The notes beneath the pieces were generated by a model. That model saw only the letters and a program-made list of their open reading frames with translations. It searched no databases and was not told the origin of the DNA. A DNA stretch of 64,000 bases. It comes from a virus. This document shows positions 48,726 to 58,917 of this stretch, in pieces. A program made the translations under genes and the position numbers. Numbering within the stretch: the stretch's first letter is position 1; each line of letters opens with the position of its first letter. The stretch lies in the IMG/VR virus record IMGVR_UViG_3300031963_000013. One strand, written 5' to 3'.

Positions 48726-49526
48726 ATGAGTACAATAAACGGAGGACCAAGATACCTACTCGATACGTTAGCAGGACAGAATGCCGCTGCTGCTTACTCT
48801 CTAAGACGACTTAGAAGCTCGTATACTGGTGCTGCTATTAGAGTTAGACGCTCTAACGATAATGCTGAAACGGATATTGGGTTTGATGTGAATGGAAATT
48901 TGAATGAAGCGGCATTGACGGCGTTTGTTGGTGCTAATAATGGGTTTGTGGTAACATGGTACGACCAAAGTGGTAATGGAAGAAATGCAACACAAAGTAC
49001 AGCAGTTAATCAACCTCAAATAATTGCAAGCGGTGTTATTTATCGCAGAATAAGCAGGCCATCTGTTATTTTCCAATCAAGCGCATTTATTCAGCATACA
49101 TTATCTTCTAATATTTTACAGCCCGGTACTGTTTTTAGTGCATTACAATATACAGAATTAGGTTCAAGAATTTCTTTAGGTTCTAATAATGATGCGAGTA
49201 GGTGGCAAATGTACAGGGCAAACGGAACTTTTTTTATAAACATTTTTTCTGGTACTGTTTTAAGTTCATCAAATTCAACGCAGTCTTTTATTTTGCAGTA
49301 CGCATTGTTCAACGGAGCAAACTCTGCTATCGGCATAAATGGTTTATCTGCAACAACGGGTAACGCTGGTTCACAGGAAGTTAGTGCTTTTAGGCTTGGG
49401 GCTGATGCTGGTGGTGCATTTTTTACAAATTGTTTTATTTCTGAAATTATAATTTACGCATCAAATCAATCCTCCAAACGCACCTCAATCGAAGCAAACA
49501 TCAACAACTACTATAAGATTTTCTAG
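48726..49526 (+). CDS. Paralogous ConA/LamG-like putative receptor-binding protein
   Basis: AYSLRRL..AIRVRRSNDNAETDIGF..WYDQSGN..ISEIIIY. Confidence 0.65.
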   Translation: MSTINGGPRYLLDTLAGQNAAAAYSLRRLRSSYTGAAIRVRRSNDNAETDIGFDVNGNLNEAALTAFVGANNGFVVTWYDQSGNGRNATQSTAVNQPQIIASGVIYRRISRPSVIFQSSAFIQHTLSSNILQPGTVFSALQYTELGSRISLGSNNDASRWQMYRANGTFFINIFSGTVLSSSNSTQSFILQYALFNGANSAIGINGLSATTGNAGSQEVSAFRLGADAGGAFFTNCFISEIIIYASNQSSKRTSIEANINNYYKIF

Positions 49527-49553
49527 AATTCACCGTATTTATATCAAACCCCC

Positions 49554-49577
49554 GTCTCAGGGACAGTGAACTGAGGC
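49554..49577 (+). promoter_or_regulatory. Leader hairpin with a GGACAGTGAA loop
   Basis: GTCTCAG/CTGAGGC stem between the late motif (49536) and ATG (49586). Confidence 0.55.
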
Positions 49578-49585
49578 AGTACTAA

Positions 49586-52500
49586 ATGGCAAACGAATTC
49601 GTAGCGCGCAATGGTCTAATTGCGTTAGACAACTCAACAATTACTGGTTCTTTAGGTGTATCCGGTGGCATCACTGGATCTTTGTTTGGTACTGCCTCAT
49701 GGTCTACAAACGCTCTCACTGCATCCTTTCTTTCAGGATCTGTAGAAAACGCGGTAAGCGCTTCATTCGCTACAACAGCTTCATTCGCTATTTCTGCTTC
49801 TTGGGCGCCAACAGGCAACGCTACTATTACTGTAGGAGACGAGGGAACAACGCAAGGTACAGCAACTTATTTTAATTTTATAGGCGCCGGAGTAACAGCA
49901 ACTGTGTCTTCCGATACCGCTTCTATTAACATTCCCGGCGGAGCAGGAAGCACGTTTCCTTTTACCGGATCGGCTATTATAAGCGGCAGCCTGATTGTAA
50001 CAGGATCTATTTTTGTTACTCAATCACATATATCAACTGTAGATTACGTTGATTTTAACATAAATGCAGCAACTCCAACGCACGTAGAAGGTAGAATACA
50101 CTGGGATATAGATAGGAAAACATTAGAGCTAGATACTGACGTTAACAACTTTATGATTAACGTTGGTCATATGAATGTTTTAAGGGGAAGAAATACAAAT
50201 CCGTTTACACTAACTAAAGGAACAGTTGTTTATATCAACGGCAATTCTGGCCAATTTGCTACATTTGCAACAGCAAGTTGGGAAGATGATCCTAGATCAG
50301 CATACACTATTGGTGTTATAGCTCAAGATGTAAATTCTAACAACTTCGGTTACGCGATCACAGACGGAGAAATCACAGGTATCAATACAAACGCATTCGC
50401 TCCAGCAACATTACTGTACCTATCTTCTTCAGGTCAATACACCAGCGTTGTACCTACTGCTCCTAATCACACAGTGAGATTGGGGCAAGTAGTTGTTCAA
50501 TCTACTAGCGGTATTTTACAAGTTAAAGTAGATAATGGATACGAATTAGGGGAACTTCACGATGTTCGTGATACTACAACAACATCTTCTTACGGAGATT
50601 TATTAGTTAAGAGCGGAAGTATTTGGGCGACAGGGAAACAATTAACCGGTTCGTACGGCCTAACTGGATCTCTCAACATAACAGGTTCACTACGTTTATC
50701 AACGCCAACGTATAACACATCCAGCATTAACGTACTAACGTACAATACGGGAAGTGACGAAGTAGAGTACAGTACCATTAACGATTTAACGTTTACTAAA
50801 AACATTGTTACCGTAGGTTTACAAGGGAGTAGAGACGTTAATTACAATGTCATTAAAACAGCTGTAGAAAGCATTACAGACGCAGCTGAAAATAACACAT
50901 ACACGGTAAGAGTTTATCCAGGCATCTACATTGAAGACACAATCACAGTGCCTTCTTGGGTAGCTGTAAAAGGCGACAGTTCAATTTCAACAGTAGTATC
51001 AGCGTCAAACCCGAGCCAAAGCGTATTCGTAATGAGCGACCAGTCAATGGTCATCGACATGCAAGTACAGGGATCAACCGGACCAGGTGCTTCAGCTATC
51101 GTATATTCATCAGCAACGACTCCACAAAGAAATGCTATCGCATACGCTGAAAATATTCGTTTTGGAACCAATTACACCAACGCAAAAGTAATTGGTAGTG
51201 GAAGTAGCGGTAACTGTATATTACAGTGTTCTAATGTTAAGTATGGTGGTTACACAGACAATACTTTACAAAAATCATTTGATGTAGGTTTCCACGTTAC
51301 TTCTGGTTCAAGTGGTGGTATTGGTAGAATGCAGTTACGTAACGTAACTTCTACTAACGGTGGTGTAGCAGGAACAGACAATAATCAAATCTTTGCCTTA
51401 GCAGATGCCCCAGGTTGTACATTCATTGTTAATGGATGTTTATTAACAAGAGCAACTGGTACTGCTAGAGGTACTGGATTTAAAGTATATAATGGAGGTC
51501 AACTTCGCTTAACAGGTGTTAACTTCCAAAGATGGATAAATGGTATTTGGGCTCCACAAACAGGATCTGCTCCAAGTATAGATGCTATTGCCCTTAACTT
51601 TGAAAACTGTACTACTGACGTATTAATTGAACACACAGGTTCAACTGGTAAAGTACAAGGAACAGATAACTTCTTAAAGACACAAATCGCATTAAATGCC
51701 CCTCTTTATGAAGTAGGACAAGATCCAAGAAAGATAACCGTTGGTAAAAAAGGAGCTGACTTTACTTCAATCAGTGCTTCTGTAGCTTACATTACAGACT
51801 CAGCTGAAGATAATAGGTATGTAATTGAAGTAGGACCTGGTCAATTTACAGAAAATACAATCGACTTAACAGGTAAACCCTACGTTAGTATTGTAGGTAG
51901 TAACATTCAAACTACCCAAATATTCCCAAGCGCATCTAACCAGCACATCATTAAGATGGGTATCAATAACGAGGTATCCTTCTTAAGTTTAGCAAATGCT
52001 GGATCTGGGTATTCCGCTTTGTATATTGATGATGTTGGTGATTTTGCTCAAGCACATAAAATTTCAATAAACAATTGTGATAGGGGTATAACTATAAATG
52101 CAAGTACAACCGACACTCAGTTTTATGGTGAATATATTGATATAAACGGGGCTTTCACTTATGGTGCTTATGTATCATCTAGTGGTGGCGCTTCAACATA
52201 TTGTAACTTAGAAAACTATTACTTATTCCCATCAGCAAGCGCTACTATAGGTAACTATGCTGTTGGCCCTAGCTCAAGTCTAAATCTATATGTAGGATCA
52301 TTTATAGGAGACGGAACTACTAATTCAACAGCAGTAAAGCTAGAAGACGGAGCAACTTTAGAAGCAGGTGCTTTAGATGTACAGGGGTGGGATTATGGGT
52401 ACGTTGTTCCTAATGTTGGCAATCCTCCACTCTTTAGAGTAGTGGGATCTATGATACACGATTCTACAACCTATGATTTTGATATACAAAAAGTAGGCAC

Positions 52501-55500
52501 TCAAGGAAGGTATCAAGGTATATCTGATCATACCAAAATAAACAGTGTAAGTGAAGATTTTTATTGGAACTTCTTAGATGATACAGACGGTGAAAATGAC
52601 ATTACAAGAAAACTATCTGTAACATTTGCAGACGGTACTCACACAGACGCTACTACCCTTATCTTTAAAGGTAGCTCAATGGGAGTATTGGAAGGAGGAA
52701 CCATAACAATCTCCGGTAGCTTAACCGTTACCACAGCCGCAGGATACGGTTACTTACACGATCCAATCAATCCAGAAGTGTTTAAAAGGTTTGATTGGGT
52801 TAACCAAAATATAACTCTATCTCCAAACACTAACAACTATATTTACATCAACAGCAACGGCGTGTTGTCAGCTGCGGGCTCAACACCAAACTTTGCTCAA
52901 AACATTATATTAGGAAGGGTAGTTACAAACGATACTGGAGTTGAGTTAATAGATCAAAGCCCATGGAACGCAGAACACACAGCAAATAGGTTATCTAAAT
53001 TCAATAGAGAAGCCTTAGGACCTGTGTTTGCTGAAGGATCTATTGTTACCGAAAACGTTACGCCGTTTAAATTAGACGTGACACAGGGTAGCTACTACTT
53101 CTCAGAAAACAACTTCCTACCAGCAGGCACATCATCAATCAATCTAACACAATATTACCAAAGCGCTTCAGTTTGGGCTAGATACACTTCATCCATAGTG
53201 CCAAACAATGTGTACGCTTCAAGTAGTGCTTTAGTAGCAATGTCTGCTTCAGCGTACACTAAACACACAGTGTACCTTGTGGGAGATGGTGTAGATGAAG
53301 AATACTTCTTAGTAATTAACAACAACCAATACAACACTCTAGTAGAAACTGAAGGCGCAGACCTACCAACCATACCAACGTACTTTAACGACGGCGTAGT
53401 GCCGTTAGCCGCAGTGTACGTCCAATCAGGCTCCGCTAACATAACGCAAATACAAGACATTAGACCGATTATTGGTTTTAGAGCTGCTGGTGTAAACGCA
53501 TCTGCTGTACACGGAAACTTATTAGGTCTAAACGCAGACGATCACACGCAGTATCTTCTTGTTGATGGTGGCAGACAAATGAGCGGTGATTTGGGATTAG
53601 GAGGAAACGATCTCTACAACGCTAACCTCATATCGGGATCAAATGTCGAAGCCCCTACAGCAACTATCGCAAACATAAATGCCACTTCGATTACTGGCTC
53701 ATTGCTTGGAAATGCGACTTCTGCAACAACAGCGTCATACATTCTACAAGCAGTAAGCGCATCGTTTGCATCAACTGCCAGCTTTGTACTTAACGCTGTA
53801 AGCAGTAGCTTTGCCTCTACATCATCGATAGCCACTAGCGCTTCGTTTGCAACCAGTGCTTCTCAGGCACAAAATGCCTTAACTGCTTCTTACATTTTAG
53901 CATCGGGTGTTGCTGGTTTGAATCTTACACAAATAGCAACAGGCAGTGTAACCGCTTCTGTATCTCCGTCTCAATTTAGTGTAGTAAGTGGAAGCGTAAC
54001 TGAGTTTGTAGTAACTGGAACAGGTACACGTATAGGAAGTGTAATTACAGACACACATACTATAACCGGTTCTGTTAATATAAGCGGAAGCACAACAATA
54101 TCCGGAAGTTTAATAGCCTTAAATACAAACACGACTAATAGTTTAATTGTTGGAGGAGCATACACATCAAGCGCAACTAACCAATATCATACTATATACA
54201 ATCCGTCAATAGCAACAAGAAATGCTTCTGGAGACAATGTTTATTCTTTACAAATTAATCCACAATACACTGTTAATAATAGCCAAACTGTATACGGTCT
54301 ATTAGTTGCTCCAAACGTAACGGTAAATTCAGCTCATACTTTTGTTAATCAAAGGATTGCTCATACTGGTGCTGGTGCACAAAACATGGCGATTAAGGGT
54401 TTAGAGATTGATATCAATGCGGGTGGAGGTAACCCAGGCAACAAAATAGGCATTGATATTGCCGGATTTACTCAATTTAATCCAGGATCTACTGTTTCTG
54501 CTGGAATTAGAATGACTGACATTAACGTGCCTTATTTGTTAATGATCAACAACGCCAATAACCAGGCCTGCAGTACAGTAATGAGAAACAACGCGGGTAG
54601 CACACTTGTACAATCATTATCAGGTACTACTGGAGGAAATTCTGCTGATATATATACTACTGGAACAACAGTTCCTTTAAGATTGGGAGTTAATTCTTTA
54701 ATTTATTTCCAAATATTTAACTCAAGCGGAAATGTTGGAATTAATACAAACACCGACGCAGGCTTCCGCTTAGACGTTTCTGGATCTACTCGCCTAAATG
54801 GAGATACAGTAGTAACTGGCTCCTTCACCGTAGTTACAGGAAGCGCAAGAGAGCTCCAAGTTAGAAATGTAGGAGTTGATATTGGAAGTATTATAACAGA
54901 TACTCACACTGTAACCGGTTCTTTCAACATATCAGGTTCGTTAAATGCGCCCATCATAACCGGCTCTCTGTTTGGAACTGCTAGCTGGGCTAACAATACG
55001 TTAACTGCATCCTTTGTACAAAATGCACAGAGCTCATCTTTTGCGTCAACTGCTTCGTTTGTACAGAACGCTCAATCAGCATCTTACGTTTTACAAGCAG
55101 TATCCGCTTCGTTTGCAACAACTGCTAGCTTCGTACTAAACGCAGTAAGCAGTAGCTTTGCCTCTACATCATCGATAGCAACTAGCGCTTCGTTTGCATC
55201 TACATCATCTATAGCAACAAGTGCATCATTTGCAACAACAGCTTCATTTGCAGTATCAGCTTCATGGGCACCAAGTACAGCAACATCAATAACAGTAGCA
55301 GACGAAGGATCTACTCAAGGTACTGCAACTTACTTTAATTTTACTGGTGCTGGGGTAACAGCCACAGTATCATCTAACACAGCATCTATAAGCATACCTG
55401 GCGGCGCTGGTGCTACTTTCCCATTCACAGGAAGTGCAATCATAAGTGGTAGCTTGATTGTAACAGGATCTACAATATCAACTTTAGGATTTACAGGATC

Positions 55501-56239
55501 ATTAGAAGGAACAGCTAGTTGGGCAAACAATGCTATTAGTGCATCGTACGTTTTACAAGCAGTGAGTTCTTCGTTTGCATCAACCGCATCGTTTGTACAG
55601 AATGCACAAACAGCTTCTTATGTACTACAGGCAGTAAGTGCTTCGTTTGCTACAAGCGCTTCCCAAGCTCAAAACGCAGTAACAGCATCTTACGTGCTAC
55701 AATCGGTAAGTTCATCTTTTGCATCAACTGCTTCGTTTGTACAATTAGCACAAAGCGCATCTTATATTTTACAAGCAGTAAGCAGCAGCTTTGCCTCTAC
55801 ATCATCGATAGCAACAAGCTCTTCTTTTGCGTCAACAGCTTCATTTGTACAGAACGCTCAATCAGCTTCGTACGTATTACAAGCAGTGAGTTCTTCTTTT
55901 GCATCTACGTCTTCAATAGCGATAAGTGCTTCATTCGCAACAACAGCTTCATTCGCAGTCTCAGCTTCATGGGCACCAAGCACTGGTGGAAGTGGACTAA
56001 GGACCAAAGCAGGTTCAGTAGCAAACACTTCATTTACAGGTAACCCAAGAAAAGCAACAGTAACGTTTGGCGCAGCATTTACCGATACAAACTACGCAAT
56101 AACAGTAACAGGTGAAGATGCTAGATCGTGGACTATAGAATCAAAATTAGCTGGTAGCTTTGTGATAAACGCAAACAGCAACCCAGCCTTAGCAGGAACA
56201 ACTTATTGGATAGCAACAGCGTACGGTGAAACAACTTAA
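49586..56239 (+). CDS. Giant tail fibre/spike protein (2217 aa) with beta-helix-like domains and Ser/Thr/Ala repeats
   Basis: MANEFVARNGL start; two pectin-lyase-like entries (VRVYPGIYIE, IEVGPGQFTE); ASFA/ASYV repeats. Confidence 0.75.
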   Translation: MANEFVARNGLIALDNSTITGSLGVSGGITGSLFGTASWSTNALTASFLSGSVENAVSASFATTASFAISASWAPTGNATITVGDEGTTQGTATYFNFIGAGVTATVSSDTASINIPGGAGSTFPFTGSAIISGSLIVTGSIFVTQSHISTVDYVDFNINAATPTHVEGRIHWDIDRKTLELDTDVNNFMINVGHMNVLRGRNTNPFTLTKGTVVYINGNSGQFATFATASWEDDPRSAYTIGVIAQDVNSNNFGYAITDGEITGINTNAFAPATLLYLSSSGQYTSVVPTAPNHTVRLGQVVVQSTSGILQVKVDNGYELGELHDVRDTTTTSSYGDLLVKSGSIWATGKQLTGSYGLTGSLNITGSLRLSTPTYNTSSINVLTYNTGSDEVEYSTINDLTFTKNIVTVGLQGSRDVNYNVIKTAVESITDAAENNTYTVRVYPGIYIEDTITVPSWVAVKGDSSISTVVSASNPSQSVFVMSDQSMVIDMQVQGSTGPGASAIVYSSATTPQRNAIAYAENIRFGTNYTNAKVIGSGSSGNCILQCSNVKYGGYTDNTLQKSFDVGFHVTSGSSGGIGRMQLRNVTSTNGGVAGTDNNQIFALADAPGCTFIVNGCLLTRATGTARGTGFKVYNGGQLRLTGVNFQRWINGIWAPQTGSAPSIDAIALNFENCTTDVLIEHTGSTGKVQGTDNFLKTQIALNAPLYEVGQDPRKITVGKKGADFTSISASVAYITDSAEDNRYVIEVGPGQFTENTIDLTGKPYVSIVGSNIQTTQIFPSASNQHIIKMGINNEVSFLSLANAGSGYSALYIDDVGDFAQAHKISINNCDRGITINASTTDTQFYGEYIDINGAFTYGAYVSSSGGASTYCNLENYYLFPSASATIGNYAVGPSSSLNLYVGSFIGDGTTNSTAVKLEDGATLEAGALDVQGWDYGYVVPNVGNPPLFRVVGSMIHDSTTYDFDIQKVGTQGRYQGISDHTKINSVSEDFYWNFLDDTDGENDITRKLSVTFADGTHTDATTLIFKGSSMGVLEGGTITISGSLTVTTAAGYGYLHDPINPEVFKRFDWVNQNITLSPNTNNYIYINSNGVLSAAGSTPNFAQNIILGRVVTNDTGVELIDQSPWNAEHTANRLSKFNREALGPVFAEGSIVTENVTPFKLDVTQGSYYFSENNFLPAGTSSINLTQYYQSASVWARYTSSIVPNNVYASSSALVAMSASAYTKHTVYLVGDGVDEEYFLVINNNQYNTLVETEGADLPTIPTYFNDGVVPLAAVYVQSGSANITQIQDIRPIIGFRAAGVNASAVHGNLLGLNADDHTQYLLVDGGRQMSGDLGLGGNDLYNANLISGSNVEAPTATIANINATSITGSLLGNATSATTASYILQAVSASFASTASFVLNAVSSSFASTSSIATSASFATSASQAQNALTASYILASGVAGLNLTQIATGSVTASVSPSQFSVVSGSVTEFVVTGTGTRIGSVITDTHTITGSVNISGSTTISGSLIALNTNTTNSLIVGGAYTSSATNQYHTIYNPSIATRNASGDNVYSLQINPQYTVNNSQTVYGLLVAPNVTVNSAHTFVNQRIAHTGAGAQNMAIKGLEIDINAGGGNPGNKIGIDIAGFTQFNPGSTVSAGIRMTDINVPYLLMINNANNQACSTVMRNNAGSTLVQSLSGTTGGNSADIYTTGTTVPLRLGVNSLIYFQIFNSSGNVGINTNTDAGFRLDVSGSTRLNGDTVVTGSFTVVTGSARELQVRNVGVDIGSIITDTHTVTGSFNISGSLNAPIITGSLFGTASWANNTLTASFVQNAQSSSFASTASFVQNAQSASYVLQAVSASFATTASFVLNAVSSSFASTSSIATSASFASTSSIATSASFATTASFAVSASWAPSTATSITVADEGSTQGTATYFNFTGAGVTATVSSNTASISIPGGAGATFPFTGSAIISGSLIVTGSTISTLGFTGSLEGTASWANNAISASYVLQAVSSSFASTASFVQNAQTASYVLQAVSASFATSASQAQNAVTASYVLQSVSSSFASTASFVQLAQSASYILQAVSSSFASTSSIATSSSFASTASFVQNAQSASYVLQAVSSSFASTSSIAISASFATTASFAVSASWAPSTGGSGLRTKAGSVANTSFTGNPRKATVTFGAAFTDTNYAITVTGEDARSWTIESKLAGSFVINANSNPALAGTTYWIATAYGETT

Positions 56240-56261
56240 AAAATTATATTTATAATAGATT

Positions 56262-56870
56262 ATGCCTATATTTTATTTAGATAGTGGAAGTATAGATACG
56301 CTTGAAGTATCAAGCAGCTTACTTGTATCAGGTTCGCTTGTTATTAGCGGTAGTATGACGTCAACTTCCGGATTAACAGGAAGTTTGTTTGGTACTTCTA
56401 GTTGGGCAATAAACGCTACATCAGCTTCGTTTGCTGTATCAGCTTCGTGGGCTCCTACCCAAGCAAGCAGCGGTTTTCCATTTGCGGGAATAGCGGTTAT
56501 TACAGGTTCGATAGTATTAACTTCAGGTTCTGGTTTTCCATCACTGTTAGCTTCTGAAACACTAGCAGCAGGTGATCTAGTAAACATACACTCAGGCGGA
56601 GTTAGAAAAGCTTCGAGTTCTGACATAACGAGACAAGCGCACGGTTTCGTAACTCAATCCGCAGTTGCAACCAATCCGGTCGTTGTGTTTTACTCTGGGT
56701 TGATTACAAATCGCACTTCTTTAACCGCAGGATCTAGATATTTTTTAAGCACAGATGGAGGCATACTCAGTACGCCCGCGGGTAGTCCTAATAACATATA
56801 TCAAGAGGTAGGCGTCGCGATTAGCAGTAATGCTCTATTAGTTAACTTTGGACCAGTGGTAATATTATAA
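56262..56870 (+). CDS. Fibre-associated virion protein
   Basis: TGSLFGTSSWA module and LTAGSRYFLS..G.AIS domain. Confidence 0.6.
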   Translation: MPIFYLDSGSIDTLEVSSSLLVSGSLVISGSMTSTSGLTGSLFGTSSWAINATSASFAVSASWAPTQASSGFPFAGIAVITGSIVLTSGSGFPSLLASETLAAGDLVNIHSGGVRKASSSDITRQAHGFVTQSAVATNPVVVFYSGLITNRTSLTAGSRYFLSTDGGILSTPAGSPNNIYQEVGVAISSNALLVNFGPVVIL

Positions 56871-56879
56871 AATACTGTT

Positions 56880-58022
56880 ATGGCATTTCCTTTATACATA
56901 AATTCGACAGTAGACAACTACTACATAAAAAGATCATCAAACACTGATGTAGTACAAGCGAGTCACTTTCCAGTATCAGCATCTAGTAACCTCTATTTTA
57001 CAAATTTACCCGATCCGATATATTACATAACAAGCTCAGTTACGCAAAGTATAGCCCAACCGTTGCCCGGTACGACCACTGTGTTTCTTTCAACTGTTAA
57101 AAATTTTAGAAACACTCAAGTGCATTCTCCGTTCTATTTATTGGGTACTCGTACAGCAGTAGCTGCAAGCGGTCCAACTATAGATTATGGTACAAACAGT
57201 GCAACAAAAGCTATAAATATAGCAATTGCTTCTACTGCTACTGCTTTAACTAGGGGAATAGGTGGAACAGGAGATGGTTTGTTTAGAAGTGTTGCGGCGG
57301 GTTTAGCGGTTGCAAACACAACTTACCCAACAACAATACAAGGTGTTACGTACAACGATAGCGTTTTATTCCCTACCAATGTAACAGACTTTTTTATAGG
57401 CTTAGCATCAGAAAATACAGATAGAGTAACAATAAACTCAGGAAGTATTTATCTGAATAGATTTATAGGTTATAGTAGTAGTCTAGCTCCGGTTACATCA
57501 AGTAGACCTTTAAATATAAGCGGAAGCAGCATTGCGCAAATACCGGCCGGTAATTTAATATCAAGCTCTGTTTTATTCGATACTGCAAGTTTGTGGCAAT
57601 CGCAGAGTTTAGCTACAGACGTTGCTAATACTAGTAATACTGCTTACGTAACCGTGTTTACCACTACGGGATTGACAAACGGTAAAAGATATCTAGCTAA
57701 CTTATATTTAATAGGAAGATCGGCAGCCGCAGCAACGGGGTTTAGGATGCGTGTCATTACAGGCAGCAATTACTTGGGAAGCCTGTTTACGCCCACGTCC
57801 ACCACCGCGTACGCAATTCAAAATTCAGCAGACGGTAACAATATAACAAGCATTACAGCCGGTACCTGGCCAACGTTAAACACAAACTTTTTGGTCTACG
57901 GAGAGTATTCGTTTGTAAAAACAGCCGCAGGTGACCCTCAGGTACAAATACTAAGCGAAACAGGCGGTACAGCTGTTACAGCCGGTTCGGGTAGCGTATT
58001 GTTTTACAGAGTAATAGAATAG
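56880..58022 (+). CDS. Beta-rich virion/fibre protein
   Basis: S/T/G-rich composition; operon position. Confidence 0.55.
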   Translation: MAFPLYINSTVDNYYIKRSSNTDVVQASHFPVSASSNLYFTNLPDPIYYITSSVTQSIAQPLPGTTTVFLSTVKNFRNTQVHSPFYLLGTRTAVAASGPTIDYGTNSATKAINIAIASTATALTRGIGGTGDGLFRSVAAGLAVANTTYPTTIQGVTYNDSVLFPTNVTDFFIGLASENTDRVTINSGSIYLNRFIGYSSSLAPVTSSRPLNISGSSIAQIPAGNLISSSVLFDTASLWQSQSLATDVANTSNTAYVTVFTTTGLTNGKRYLANLYLIGRSAAAATGFRMRVITGSNYLGSLFTPTSTTAYAIQNSADGNNITSITAGTWPTLNTNFLVYGEYSFVKTAAGDPQVQILSETGGTAVTAGSGSVLFYRVIE

Positions 58023-58026
58023 TATT

Positions 58027-58596
58027 ATGAGTCAATTTTCAAATAGCATCATATCGCCGATAAGCATTTTATCCGGATCGTGGACAACGTCGGTATCCGG
58101 AGGGTTTTCTATGCAGCTACCGAGCGGAAGCATACCAACGTATCTTGCTGCTAACACCCCTTGGAGATATTCGATGCTATCAACTGCATTTACAACTACA
58201 AATACAGCTCAGCAAACTATAACCGGTTTACAGATAACTTTAGAAAACAACAAAAGGTATTTAATATACGGCAACCTGTTGGTATCAACTATCAGATCGG
58301 CTAACGGACCGAGGGTGGGAGTAACAGGCGCAAACTTAGCTCTTAACATATATAACATAGAAAATCCGACATCAACCACCGCCGTGCAACTCGGCCTAAA
58401 TGTCACAGCCACAGCGGGCTCAGGCCCTGGAAACAGCTTAACGAACTACTACTACGTACCCATAAGAGCGCTAGTAAGGGCGGCTCCCACAGGTGCACCC
58501 ACTTGGGCGCCAACGCTATCATCGGAGGGAGCAGCTGGTGGCGCAACCGATGTTGGAATGGGTCCCTACAGCCACGTCTATTACAGAGAGTACTAA
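58027..58596 (+). CDS. Beta-rich virion protein resembling the C-terminal domain of 56880-58022
   Basis: LENNKRYLI and PTSTTA shared with LTNGKRYLA and PTSTTA. Confidence 0.55.
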   Translation: MSQFSNSIISPISILSGSWTTSVSGGFSMQLPSGSIPTYLAANTPWRYSMLSTAFTTTNTAQQTITGLQITLENNKRYLIYGNLLVSTIRSANGPRVGVTGANLALNIYNIENPTSTTAVQLGLNVTATAGSGPGNSLTNYYYVPIRALVRAAPTGAPTWAPTLSSEGAAGGATDVGMGPYSHVYYREY

Positions 58597-58618
58597 TATT
58601 TATATAAAATAAGCAATC

Positions 58619-58894
58619 ATGGGATTAATCATATGCAAGTCGTGCTTCGATTCAAAAATAGCAAGCTGGAAAAAACCGTTTGACGAAAACGCAGGCGAGT
58701 TAGAATCGATTCCAGACTACAACGAATACGCTCAACACGCGCACATTTACCAGGTAACAGACATCGCGTCTAAACTCGACAACGGTGAAATGGTAGAAAT
58801 ACTGTGTGCTGTGTGTAAAATAACACACGTTGCAAAAGACGCGAACGGAGTAATTAAAGTAAAATACACCGGAGGCAACTGGGAAACATTTTAA
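58619..58894 (+). CDS. Small zinc-binding hypothetical protein
   Basis: CKSC..CAVC; late motif upstream. Confidence 0.55.
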   Translation: MGLIICKSCFDSKIASWKKPFDENAGELESIPDYNEYAQHAHIYQVTDIASKLDNGEMVEILCAVCKITHVAKDANGVIKVKYTGGNWETF

Positions 58895-58917
58895 CACAAC
58901 AAACTAACACACAGTAA

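Noticed and set aside
47854-49526. Diversity-generating retroelement targets
   Set aside because: No reverse transcriptase and no template/variable repeat pair differing only at adenines is visible in this window
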